A stretch of 57,273 nt of DNA from a virus. Lineage: Duplodnaviria > Caudoviricetes. Below the pieces are notes generated by a model. It worked only from the letters and a program-made list of their open reading frames with translations, was not told the origin of the DNA and ran no database searches. The DNA is taken from positions 1-57,273 of the IMG/VR virus record IMGVR_UViG_3300025127_000044; one strand, written 5' to 3'. The position numbers were made by a program, and so were the translations under genes. Shown here piece after piece: positions 36,185-44,602 of this stretch (within the stretch, counting starts at the first letter, position 1; every line of letters starts with the position of its first letter).

Positions 36185-36847
36185 ATGAAAAAAATACTTG
36201 CAGCTTTGCTGTGCTTTTGTGCGCCTGTTTATGCACAAGATCCTAAAGTTGAATTTTTTACTCCTGAAGCAACCGGATGCATGATCTTGCGAGAATGCAC
36301 AGAAGACGTTGTTCAGATTACAAAAGGAGATCAGCTGCATGAAATAGTCACAGGGTCAGAAGCTGAGACTATTAAGGAAGAGTTTGTCCAGCTAACAAAT
36401 GCAATTATTGATCTAGGAATTAACATTTATGTTGCACCAGCAAGATATTTTCAACCACAAGATCAAGGTATATACCATACTAAATACAACGCTATATTTT
36501 TAAATTTAAAATATATGCGTGATTCAAAGCATCTTATTGGAACGTTAAGGCACGAAGGCTGGCATTTAGCTCAAGACTGTATGGCAGGCACATTAGATAA
36601 TTCATTTGTTGCTGTCATTATGGATGATAATGAAATCCCTGAAATACATAAATACCTAACAAAAATTGTGTATGCAGCTAACCCTAAAGCAATACCTTGG
36701 GAGCAAGAAGCTAAATGGGCTGAAGCTACTAAAGGCATGACTGTAGACGCATTAAAAGCATGTAAAACAGGTGCTATGTGGGAAATCTATAAACCTACAC
36801 CACTGACAAAAAAGTACTTATTAGATTACGGCTTTATGCAGGATTAG
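36185..36847 (+). CDS. Secreted zincin-like (HExxH) protein
   Basis: Signal peptide; LRHEGWHLAQDC and downstream WEQEA. Confidence 0.7.
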   Translation: MKKILAALLCFCAPVYAQDPKVEFFTPEATGCMILRECTEDVVQITKGDQLHEIVTGSEAETIKEEFVQLTNAIIDLGINIYVAPARYFQPQDQGIYHTKYNAIFLNLKYMRDSKHLIGTLRHEGWHLAQDCMAGTLDNSFVAVIMDDNEIPEIHKYLTKIVYAANPKAIPWEQEAKWAEATKGMTVDALKACKTGAMWEIYKPTPLTKKYLLDYGFMQD

Positions 36848-36891
36848 CATTAGATAAAATAAAATATATCGGTAATGAAATAAATTTAACA

Positions 36892-37479
36892 ATGGAACGG
36901 GAATATCAGAAACTTTATGGTCTGTTGTTTGGACCTGTTGTTGAAGGAACGAGATGGGCAGGTACTAAACTACAAAAATTGCTCATGAATTCAGCATCTT
37001 CTCCCGCGAAACCGAAACCGACTGTTTCTACAGCTCCTACCAAGCCTTCGATTGACCATCTTGAAGGTTTAACTCCTGAAGACCAGAAGTGGATTGCATA
37101 CGGCGTCAGCGGGGAAGCTGCTCGCGGTACTGATGATGAGTTTGGAGTAGCAGCATCAATGATTAATAGGATGAGAAGTCCTGACTTCCCTAATACTGCT
37201 AAAGAAGTAGTCTTTCAAAGAGATCCATGGCAATACGAGGCAGTTGAGTTAGGGAAAGCAACTCATGACCCTGCGTTACAAAAGCGTCTATTTTCAGGAG
37301 ATGGTCCTGATGGTCTTGCAAAAGCTCTCAAGATACTAAATGGTCGTCAATACTTTAAAGGTCAAAGTGAATTGTCCAACAGATCTAACGTAGGTAACGA
37401 ATTGGGAGATAATGGTTTGCCAATTATGGACCCTATGTTCCATCCGAAAGGTAACTTTTATCATTACGGTCACCAATAG
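36892..37479 (+). CDS. Cell-wall hydrolase (SleB/Hydrolase_2-like)
   Basis: GEAARG ... VAASMINR ... FPNT..EVVFQ ... QYE. Confidence 0.75.
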   Translation: MEREYQKLYGLLFGPVVEGTRWAGTKLQKLLMNSASSPAKPKPTVSTAPTKPSIDHLEGLTPEDQKWIAYGVSGEAARGTDDEFGVAASMINRMRSPDFPNTAKEVVFQRDPWQYEAVELGKATHDPALQKRLFSGDGPDGLAKALKILNGRQYFKGQSELSNRSNVGNELGDNGLPIMDPMFHPKGNFYHYGHQ

Positions 37480-37493
37480 TTCACCATAAACTA

Positions 37494-37510
37494 GTAACAA
37501 TAGCTACAAT
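37494..37510 (+). promoter_or_regulatory. NtcA box overlapping a -10 element
   Basis: GTA-ACAATAGC-TAC (37494-37507); TACAAT at 37505-37510. Confidence 0.7.
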
Positions 37511-37519
37511 ACAGATATA

Positions 37520-37569
37520 CGTTGATCCTCAGAGAGGACGCAAGTACCACCAACCAGTGGGAAGCAACG
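37520..37569 (+). ncRNA. Glutamine riboswitch (glnA RNA motif)
   Basis: P1 CGTTG/CAACG, P2 TCCTC-AGA-GAGGA, GCAAGTA..GAAG E-loop, P3 CCAC/GTGG. Confidence 0.85.
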
Positions 37570-37599
37570 GGAAATATAAACCCCTACTGGAGAATTCAA

Positions 37600-37785
37600 A
37601 TGACTGAACTGCAAGCTCGTGCAATTGTGAATGCACGTAATAACTTTGAGCGTGCCCGTAAAGAGCTTAATCAAATCAAGCTGAGTGAGACTCGTTATCG
37701 TGGTAATTTGTACACCACTGACTCACGTCATCCTCAGAATGTACATGGCACTTTCACTTATCGTGGTCAGACCTACGTAAAGTGA
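37600..37785 (+). CDS. DUF4278-like YRG-motif protein
   Basis: TRYRGNLY and FTYRGQTY; GGAG SD at 37589; directly after the riboswitch. Confidence 0.8.
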   Translation: MTELQARAIVNARNNFERARKELNQIKLSETRYRGNLYTTDSRHPQNVHGTFTYRGQTYVK

Positions 37786-37830
37786 ACTTAAGGACAATAG
37801 AATATAGAAAAATAAAATTGCTTATGAATA

Positions 37831-38019
37831 ATGGATCTCTACGTACCAAGGATAAATTGCAATCGCAAGAAACGTCGTCCTGTTGAACCTGAAATGACGT
37901 TTGCTCATCTCTGTTATCGTGGAGTCCATTACTCAAAATGGGTCTGTACAAATTCCCTGGAACTTAGGTATCAGAAAATTCACGGTGACCCAATAACTGA
38001 TTGGAAACTTGATTGGTAA
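37831..38019 (+). CDS. Second YRG-motif small protein
   Basis: HLCYRGVHYSK. Confidence 0.6.
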   Translation: MDLYVPRINCNRKKRRPVEPEMTFAHLCYRGVHYSKWVCTNSLELRYQKIHGDPITDWKLDW

Positions 38020-38023
38020 GTTT

Positions 38024-38050
38024 TGGCCCACTAACGTGGGTCATTTTTTT
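38024..38050 (+). terminator. Intrinsic terminator
   Basis: TGGCCCAC-TAAC-GTGGGTCA-TTTTTTT. Confidence 0.75.
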
Positions 38051-38169
38051 ATTTTCTACTTGTACAAATTAGACAGATATTATACTGTCTTTAACCATTT
38101 AATTCATAATTAGTTTATAGTTATTTAAGTGACATTAGTTCACTGATTATAAATACCTAGATTAATTAC

Positions 38170-38553
38170 ATGTCTTTTATTACTTCTGCATCTATTGTTG
38201 GTGTTGCTGTGGCTCTTACCACTGCTCCCGCAATTGCTGGTGGTTTTGTCAACGTTGAAAGCAATACCGCTTCTCTCGGTCTTAAGGAGCGCGTTGGTAC
38301 CGTTACCGAGACGCATGTCGGCTATGAAGGCCCTCTGGGCAGCGTCCTGACCTACTCCGTTCAAGCGGGTCCTGCATTCGTCAACGTTCCAAACGATGGT
38401 ACTGATGCTGAGCTTTCCGGCAAGGCCGTTCTGTCAGCTGACCTTTCTGAAAAACTGAACGTTTACGGTGAAGTATCCTTTCTAACGGAAGAGCGTGAAT
38501 TTGATGAGTATCTGCCTCTTGGCTTTAAAGCCGGGGCTACTTACTCATTTTGA
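38170..38553 (+). CDS. Small outer-membrane beta-barrel-like protein
   Basis: Signal peptide ending AIA, amphipathic strands, C-terminal GATYSF. Confidence 0.75.
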   Translation: MSFITSASIVGVAVALTTAPAIAGGFVNVESNTASLGLKERVGTVTETHVGYEGPLGSVLTYSVQAGPAFVNVPNDGTDAELSGKAVLSADLSEKLNVYGEVSFLTEEREFDEYLPLGFKAGATYSF

Positions 38554-38567
38554 TTCATTTAACTTAC

Positions 38568-38590
38568 GGGTAGCTTTGGCTGCCCTTTTT
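38568..38590 (+). terminator. Intrinsic terminator
   Basis: GGGTAGC-TTTG-GCTGCCC-TTTTT. Confidence 0.75.
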
Positions 38591-38679
38591 AATATTTTCT
38601 GAGCTTCTTTACGGGTAAGGCACTTTCTAGCCTCATCCTTTAGAAGCTCTAATTTTTTAAGTTGCTTAATGCGGCTCAT

Positions 38680-40155
38680 TTACATAATGCCAAGGTACTT
38701 TGCAATGTCTTCTACTTTTTTACCACCTTGTCCCCAGTAAGAACTACCTCTTCCGTACTTACCATCGTGACCAGGATATGAAACAGGCAGGCCCGCCCAT
38801 GTAGGTCCAAGTGCATCGGCTACACGCACAATATCATCTATGGTATTGATTTTCATATAGGGATCAATTCCTTTGCTTTTGATCAGGTTTACAGCGGCGG
38901 CAACTTGAGATTCGGGAGAAAAGTCTTTAAGACCTAACTTTGCTGCCTGTTCATCCCATGTTGGTTTCATAAATTGAAATGCTCCCGCTGCTTCTGATTG
39001 TGTTCCCCAAGGAGTTTTCATTGGATTATTGGGATGCTTGCTCATGTCATCAAACATACGATGACCATACATTGTTCTATATCCATCAGGCCCTTCTGTA
39101 CCTTCAGCAAATCGAATCATTCTAAGTACAGGTGACATCTGAGGTAAGCCATCAGCTGAAGATGCTTGTTGAAGCCTTCTCTGAGCATTTCTCAGACTTT
39201 GTTGCCGCTTACGATTATCTTCAGACGTAGGCAAGCCCCTTACTGGCTCTTTATCTCTGTCAAAGCTGTTGCTTCCACGCATATTGTTTTGTAATGGTCC
39301 AGAGTAGTTGGGATGCTTGTCATGAGCAGATTCAAGAATACCTAATCGTCCACTTTTTACACCACTACCCCGAGCTGGAATAATTGATGTAGAAGACGAT
39401 GACGTAGGAGTGCTCAATTGACGTAAGCGTCCACCACCAGGCCCGAAGAACGCTTCATGCATTTTCAGCCCTTCTTCTACGGCTTTCTTCTGTCCTGCCT
39501 CATCTACTAAAAACTTGCTTGGATTGTATGTACTATCAAATGGATCACCCTGACCCTTTTTCATATAGTCACGTGCTTTATCAAAGTTGTCTCCATATCT
39601 CAGGCGATCATAAGCGTCTTTGATCTCTTGCTCACTCATGCCTGCATATATATTACTTCCTCCTGTCTGCGTACCTGTTTGCGGTACATCAGGGTTTAAA
39701 GACGGAGGTGGAGAACTTCTGAAGCTTCCCAAGTTTCCACCGCCTACTGGTGGCAGAGTTACGCTTTCGTCGTACGCACCTAAATTAGTATTTACTGTAC
39801 TTGGAAGGTTTCCCAAACTTGATTTAGTTTCTTTTCCCATTCCAAATCTTTGCGCTGCAGAATCAAAAAAATCTTGACCTGCTCTGTTGCCTTGATCGTA
39901 AGCAGCGGCTATTACAGGCCAGCCAAAACCAGTTGGCTCTGCTGCCAAAACAGAAGCACCAGCAGCAGCCATTGAACCGCTAATAGCACCAGTAACATTA
40001 CGGCCTGCAGATATATATGGATTTGCACCAGAGCTGACATCGCTGATAGTTTGAATTACTGGATAAGCTCCAGGTGCAGCTTTTCCCAACGCACCTTTAA
40101 CTGCCAACTTTGTAGGCATTGGATAGTCCTTTCTAAACATGCTTGAAAAATCCAT
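38680..40155 (-). CDS. Protein with C-terminal lambda-lysozyme-like (GH104) domain
   Basis: IRFAEGT, AAGAFQFMKPTW, DFSPESQ, TWAGLP; long low-complexity N-terminus. Confidence 0.85.
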   Translation of the reverse strand: MDFSSMFRKDYPMPTKLAVKGALGKAAPGAYPVIQTISDVSSGANPYISAGRNVTGAISGSMAAAGASVLAAEPTGFGWPVIAAAYDQGNRAGQDFFDSAAQRFGMGKETKSSLGNLPSTVNTNLGAYDESVTLPPVGGGNLGSFRSSPPPSLNPDVPQTGTQTGGSNIYAGMSEQEIKDAYDRLRYGDNFDKARDYMKKGQGDPFDSTYNPSKFLVDEAGQKKAVEEGLKMHEAFFGPGGGRLRQLSTPTSSSSTSIIPARGSGVKSGRLGILESAHDKHPNYSGPLQNNMRGSNSFDRDKEPVRGLPTSEDNRKRQQSLRNAQRRLQQASSADGLPQMSPVLRMIRFAEGTEGPDGYRTMYGHRMFDDMSKHPNNPMKTPWGTQSEAAGAFQFMKPTWDEQAAKLGLKDFSPESQVAAAVNLIKSKGIDPYMKINTIDDIVRVADALGPTWAGLPVSYPGHDGKYGRGSSYWGQGGKKVEDIAKYLGIM

Positions 40156-40207
40156 ATCTTTTGTGCCAGCTAACTTTATTGCATTTGTTTATATCTATTC
40201 TATATAA

Positions 40208-40462
40208 TTAGCTAGCCAGGGCCTTCATTCTGGCAAGCTCCTGTCCACGTTGCATCTGTGCATGAGCTGTAGGAGAATAGTTATTAAACAGCTGATCTCC
40301 GCCCATTTGAGAGGCCTTTAGTGTGGTTTTCTTAGGTCTATTTTCTTCGTATGCGAGCCAGCCCAAACGGGTGGCGGCTCGCGATCTTGCGTTAGACCAC
40401 AGGCCTCTTTCATCGGCTTTTAGTCGACGGCGATCAACTGAGTTGTCACGTGTGATTTTCAC
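40208..40462 (-). CDS. Hypothetical basic protein
   Basis: 84 aa ORF. Confidence 0.6.
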   Translation of the reverse strand: MKITRDNSVDRRRLKADERGLWSNARSRAATRLGWLAYEENRPKKTTLKASQMGGDQLFNNYSPTAHAQMQRGQELARMKALAS

Positions 40463-40872
40463 TTTGCGTTCCTTGCTGATTTACCAGCAGCTTTTGCTGC
40501 CTTTGTGTTTGCTGTCACCCCTTCGCCTCGTCGGGAAGCGTTTCGTTTTTTACGATCAGTTGCAGCCTTTTCTTTGTCCGAAAGTTTGCTCCAGGCTTTT
40601 TTGGGTAAATATCGTTTTGTAGAACCATCTGACTGCTTGGCTTTATCTCCTGGACCATCCTTTGTTTGCCATTTTTCTTTAGTCCATTTGCGCATTTTAT
40701 TTTTCTTTGCACTAGGCTTCTTACCTTCGTATTTACCACCTGCATCTTTATAGTACTTTGTTGCAAGCTGCATAGCTCGTGCAGAGTGTTTTCCGCCCAT
40801 CCTTGCTTTGGCTTTAGCTTTTGCTGCTGCCCATTTTTTAGGATCTTTCTTTTTTGCAATGCCTTCGGCCAT
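40459..40872 (-). CDS. Lys-rich phage protein
   Basis: SARAMQLA..YKDAGGKY; KWTKEKW; RYLPKKAW. Confidence 0.8.
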   Translation of the reverse strand: MAEGIAKKKDPKKWAAAKAKAKARMGGKHSARAMQLATKYYKDAGGKYEGKKPSAKKNKMRKWTKEKWQTKDGPGDKAKQSDGSTKRYLPKKAWSKLSDKEKAATDRKKRNASRRGEGVTANTKAAKAAGKSARNAK

Positions 40873-40874
40873 AA

Positions 40875-41021
40875 CTACTTGTTCTTTTTCTCAAAGTGCT
40901 TACGAAGACCTTCAGGCATTTTGCTAGTGTCGATCTTGTCGTCACTCTTTTTGCCTTTCATTTTTGATTTTGTTTCTGCCTTTTTCTTTTCGAAAAATTC
41001 TTGTGCTTTGTGTTTAGACAT
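40875..41021 (-). CDS. Small Lys-rich protein (48 aa)
   Basis: Hand-translated MSKHKAQEFFEKKK...MPEGLRKHFEKKNK. Confidence 0.6.
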   Translation of the reverse strand: MSKHKAQEFFEKKKAETKSKMKGKKSDDKIDTSKMPEGLRKHFEKKNK

Positions 41022-41311
41022 CACCATTTCACCTTATCGGCCCAATAAGCTGCGGACATTTTGCCTTTGGCAATATTTTTACCATGTCTAGCTTTAAAGC
41101 TGGCACGTTTTTTAGTCATGCGCTCGCTTTCACCTTCTTTAGGCTTACCTGCTGTACTGGCTCCTTGTTCTCCAAAACGAATGAGCTTTTCCTTGCCACC
41201 AGACTTAGCCAGCACTACATGCGACTTTGTAGGATGGTTTGGCGTTCTTTTAGGTTTATTAGGTGTCAAACTATCTTTAAGTTTTTGACCCGCCATTCGT
41301 TGTTTTGCCAT
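41021..41311 (-). CDS. Basic phage protein
   Basis: KSHVVLAK..KLIRFG ... RASFKARH ... SAAYWADKVKW. Confidence 0.8.
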   Translation of the reverse strand: MAKQRMAGQKLKDSLTPNKPKRTPNHPTKSHVVLAKSGGKEKLIRFGEQGASTAGKPKEGESERMTKKRASFKARHGKNIAKGKMSAAYWADKVKW

Positions 41312-41501
41312 TATTTATTAATCTATCTCCTACTATTTTAGTGTATGCCCATTCGCTTTCTGCAGCTTCAAATATACTTACCCAATCGCTATTTTCATCA
41401 AGCAATTCGTCAGGCATTGCTCGCATAAGCTCATTTATTGCTGCTCGATGATGATTTAAGTCTCCGTTGTATTGCTCAAAAAAATGTATAAGATCAATCA
41501 C
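41277..41501 (-). CDS. Hypothetical protein
   Basis: LIHFFEQY..HHRAAINEL. Confidence 0.6.
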   Translation of the reverse strand: MIDLIHFFEQYNGDLNHHRAAINELMRAMPDELLDENSDWVSIFEAAESEWAYTKIVGDRLINNGKTTNGGSKT

Positions 41502-41779
41502 TTTAATCCTACGAATGCTTGAATTTCCTTAATGGCATCTGATGCAGGTTTTAGAGTAGTGACCATTTTGGCCAACGTTTGCTTATCAATCACGTCCACA
41601 GTATTTTCAATGGCTTGGATTTTAGAATTTAATTCAATCAGCTGCTCTTCGACAAACTCTACCTTTGCGAGACATTCATCGACTGATACTTTTACATCTG
41701 CCTTTATTTTCCTTCCAGTCAACAGTGAAATATTTAATCCCAATACTGTTGCAATAACAGGACCAATAACGTATTCCAT
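41498..41779 (-). CDS. Membrane-anchored coiled-coil protein
   Basis: Hydrophobic N-terminus plus heptads. Confidence 0.7.
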   Translation of the reverse strand: MEYVIGPVIATVLGLNISLLTGRKIKADVKVSVDECLAKVEFVEEQLIELNSKIQAIENTVDVIDKQTLAKMVTTLKPASDAIKEIQAFVGLK

Positions 41780-41815
41780 ACCTTGTAATTATCTAGAATC
41801 AGTCTAGCTCAATCA

Positions 41816-42148
41816 CTACTCAAGCATGAGATCGTCTTGATCTAAATCCTCATCTTCCCAACCCATGTCTTCAATATCTGTTGACATCTCATCTTCGCTA
41901 TTAAGTGTTAAAAGGTCACAAAATGTCTCTTCTGAAATAATCTCAGGTAGTCCGCTGCCTTGATTTTCCTCGATTTTGAATAGAATACCATTTCCTTGCA
42001 ACATATTTTGTACGCCGTTTTTCATTTCCATTCTTGAGCGAAGTAAACGCAAAGCCACTTTCTCAAGAGCTGGGCGGCTCATTCGAACAACTTCGTAACG
42101 TGCTCGACTAAGTATAAATCTCTGTTCTATGTTCAATTCGTTCATCAC
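41816..42148 (-). CDS. nblA: NblA-like phycobilisome degradation protein with acidic extension
   Basis: LNIEQRFIL......V..MSR..L....L.L....M...N matches the NblA two-helix pattern without gaps. Confidence 0.7.
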   Translation of the reverse strand: MMNELNIEQRFILSRARYEVVRMSRPALEKVALRLLRSRMEMKNGVQNMLQGNGILFKIEENQGSGLPEIISEETFCDLLTLNSEDEMSTDIEDMGWEDEDLDQDDLMLE

Positions 42149-42488
42149 CCATTCGCTCCAGTTGTTTGTTTTCTATCCATTCTTCAATAAGCTCTTTTGC
42201 TACAGAATTATAAAAGGACTGATTACTGTACCAATTTAGCCAGTCTTCACTTCCCTTGGAGTGATTACATTCTAAACAAGATGGTAACAAATTAGACCTT
42301 AGACTACTTCCACCACGACACTTAGGTTTTAAGTGATCGAGCGTCGTAGCTCGTCGACATCGGCAATAAGCACATAAGCCGCCAAAAGCGTATCGAATTG
42401 AATTTCGAAATTGTCTTTTGGCTGTGCTGCTTTTAAGGCAATGGAGCTCATCGTACATAAGCTCACTCCAGTTTTCGACAATACGCAT
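42108..42488 (-). CDS. HNH endonuclease
   Basis: CAYC ... TLDHLKP..RGG ... NLLPSCLECNHSK. Confidence 0.9.
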   Translation of the reverse strand: MRIVENWSELMYDELHCLKSSTAKRQFRNSIRYAFGGLCAYCRCRRATTLDHLKPKCRGGSSLRSNLLPSCLECNHSKGSEDWLNWYSNQSFYNSVAKELIEEWIENKQLERMGDERIEHRTEIYT

Positions 42489-42541
42489 GTAGTTGCTTGT
42501 TACAACTTACGCTTAATATAACTACTTAAAGAATCAAAATC

Positions 42542-42700
42542 TTAGATGTCTTTACCAATGAACGGTGGATCATCATCTTCATTATCGTCCAAGGGCTTAA
42601 GCATTTGGTGCTTTTCAATATCTATTCTGAGCTGTTTAATCCGCTCTTTTAACTGCTTATAAAATTCTCGTTCTTTATTTATATCGTCCTGCCTACCCAT
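42542..42700 (-). CDS. Small hypothetical protein (52 aa)
   Basis: Hand-translated MGRQDDINKEREFYKQLKERIKQLR... Confidence 0.55.
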   Translation of the reverse strand: MGRQDDINKEREFYKQLKERIKQLRIDIEKHQMLKPLDDNEDDDPPFIGKDI

Positions 42701-42900
42701 CACGCCATAGTGTCGTAGCATTCGCCTTCTACTTTGCTGCGAAAGTAATTAATAAGAAACTTTTTATTGTAAGCATCCAGGTGCTCGTCTCGAAGTATCT
42801 CTATTTTTTTCTCCATCCAGCGTTCACAGCTCATGTGCCAGTCGTAGGGACCATCACCATGAGATGCAAACATTAATGATGCGATAACTAAGGAAATCAT
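42700..42900 (-). CDS. Small secreted hypothetical protein
   Basis: Hydrophobic N-terminus, WHMSCE, two Cys. Confidence 0.7.
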   Translation of the reverse strand: MISLVIASLMFASHGDGPYDWHMSCERWMEKKIEILRDEHLDAYNKKFLINYFRSKVEGECYDTMA

Positions 42901-43058
42901 GCTTCAGGAAGCAGAGCGTCCTTAACTGCTTTGACAGCAATGTCATCAAGTGTATTTTCTGTTTTCTTAGCTAAGGCCTCAAGAAGCTCCACGATCAATT
43001 TCTTGACTCGTGTAGATGTAAGAAAGCTAAACAAAATAGGGCGAATAATAGCAATCAT
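42897..43058 (-). CDS. Small phage protein, holin-like (53 aa)
   Basis: Hand-translated MIAIIRPILFSFL...KKTENTLDDIAV. Confidence 0.65.
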   Translation of the reverse strand: MIAIIRPILFSFLTSTRVKKLIVELLEALAKKTENTLDDIAVKAVKDALLPEA

Positions 43059-43121
43059 TTTATTGACTTAATCTTCTACATATTCTAGCTAAATGTTGGT
43101 AAAGGTTCGTAGAATGATTCT

Positions 43122-43208
43122 GGAGAGGTGGTCGAGTGGTTTATGGCTCCAGTCTTGAAAACTGGCGTGTCTTCACGGGCACCAGGGGTTCGAATCCCCT
43201 CCTCTCCG
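43122..43208 (+). tRNA. trnS: tRNA-Ser(TGA)
   Basis: Acceptor GGAGAGG/CCTCTCC; anticodon arm CCAGT-CTTGAAA-ACTGG; long variable arm. Confidence 0.95.
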
Positions 43209-43604
43209 TCCATAAATTTTTTTTTCAAGACGCTGAAGACGCTTTATTGCGCGTTGTATTTGAAATAGGCTAGTTTTTCTTTTGCCATTTTCTAAGCAAT
43301 CAATGGCGTTATTAACAAAATCACCAACTTCCAAGTTAGCCATAATATTGTTATCGTGGTTCGAATCGAGATGACAAGTCTGTTCCCAGTCTTCAAGCTC
43401 TCTCCTTAGCTTTGCTGACAAGATCACTCTGTGAGCAGTCTCTGTTTTTCTTTTTTTGTTTTTTCTGGACAGGCCGACACTCAACCTGCGGCGCCTCACC
43501 GATTGTTTTAATACTTTTCTTTGTCCCCGCTTGTACGAAATAATATCTCCGCTTTCTGTTGCAAAGTATCCTTCATAACCGGGAACAGGATATTCCCGTT
43601 CCAT
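43173..43604 (-). CDS. NUMOD4-like + HNH homing endonuclease
   Basis: PVPGYEGYFATESGDIIS; AHRVI; CHLDSNHDNN..ANL; 3' end overlaps tRNA-Ser antisense. Confidence 0.8.
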   Translation of the reverse strand: MEREYPVPGYEGYFATESGDIISYKRGQRKVLKQSVRRRRLSVGLSRKNKKRKTETAHRVILSAKLRRELEDWEQTCHLDSNHDNNIMANLEVGDFVNNAIDCLENGKRKTSLFQIQRAIKRLQRLEKKIYGRRGGDSNPWCP

Positions 43605-43660
43605 ATATATTTAGCATTTCAATTACTTTAGCTAAATAACATTTACCATGTGAGGCTATT

Positions 43661-43687
43661 AAAAAAGCCCGACACATGGCCGGGCTG
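43661..43687 (-). terminator. Intrinsic terminator after the integrase
   Basis: Minus strand AGCCCG-GCCATGTGT-CGGGCT-TTTTT. Confidence 0.65.
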
Positions 43688-43703
43688 AAGTGTGATTTTG
43701 TGA

Positions 43704-44522
43704 TTACCGTCTGATTTTTTTGATAGCTTCAAATTTATCTTCCAGCGGCCAAGTGCCATAACGTGCGGTCATGCCGAACACTCGATGACCCACCAACTTA
43801 GAAATCATGGAATCCTGACCGGGTAAGGCAGTACGGGCACGAGTGATGAAATTATGACGGAGGCTATGGGCCGCTTCTCCTTTAGGAAGATCACAGACTT
43901 CATGTAATTTTTCTGACCAGTTCTTGCCTGGATACCGCGTTGTATCCGTTTCGAGCCTTCCGACCCATGGATAGAACTCCGGATGGATCGGCACTTGACG
44001 ACGAGCACCCCGCTTGATCAGTCGGTTGCTGTTGTCTTGAACTTGAAAATATGGAATTTTATTGTCAAATCGTATTTCGTTGCTCAGCATGCCGGCAATT
44101 TCTCCGACGCGGAAACCGTGATACCAGATGGCTAAAAACAGCGGGTCATCGTGGAATTCTTTATAAAATTCAAATGGCCTAACTGGATACTCTTTTCCGT
44201 AGCGTTCTGCAGATTCATCGCGATCAGTTTTAATTTTGCGACTTGCTCGATACCACACATTAATTTCTGTGTCTATGAGCTCCTCTTCAATGGCCATTGC
44301 CCAAATGCCCGAAAGCAGACTCAAGCGACGACGTACTGTTTCAGCAGAACAATTACCAATTGGAGTCAGTTGAGATCTCCAGTAGCGGTTGACTAAAGTC
44401 TTATCCACGTCAGCGACTGAAATATTTTCAATCGGCTTTGCGGCTGTTCGCCAGCATTTGAACGTACTGTCGCGGACATGGGTCGTCTCACGAACAGCAT
44501 CAAGCAGGTGTTGAACTTTCAT
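43704..44522 (-). CDS. int: Tyrosine recombinase/integrase
   Basis: GFRVGE (R), HSLRH (HxxR), VGH, TARYG (Y); ATG at 44522 preferred over TTG at 44567. Confidence 0.9.
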   Translation of the reverse strand: MKVQHLLDAVRETTHVRDSTFKCWRTAAKPIENISVADVDKTLVNRYWRSQLTPIGNCSAETVRRRLSLLSGIWAMAIEEELIDTEINVWYRASRKIKTDRDESAERYGKEYPVRPFEFYKEFHDDPLFLAIWYHGFRVGEIAGMLSNEIRFDNKIPYFQVQDNSNRLIKRGARRQVPIHPEFYPWVGRLETDTTRYPGKNWSEKLHEVCDLPKGEAAHSLRHNFITRARTALPGQDSMISKLVGHRVFGMTARYGTWPLEDKFEAIKKIRR

Positions 44523-44565
44523 AGGGCTGTGTTTGGGATATAAGCAACGCCAATCAATGTCTAAC

Positions 44566-44590
44566 AAAAAAACCCCACGTTATGTGGGGC
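44566..44590 (-). terminator. Terminator following the attP tRNA fragment
   Basis: Minus strand GCCCCACA-TAAC-GTGGGG-TTTTTTT. Confidence 0.7.
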
Positions 44591-44602
44591 TTTGGGTTAG
44601 GT

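Noticed and set aside
37522-37599. N-terminal extension of ORF 37522..37785
   Set aside because: This stretch is the riboswitch leader; the ATG at 37600 has a GGAG SD
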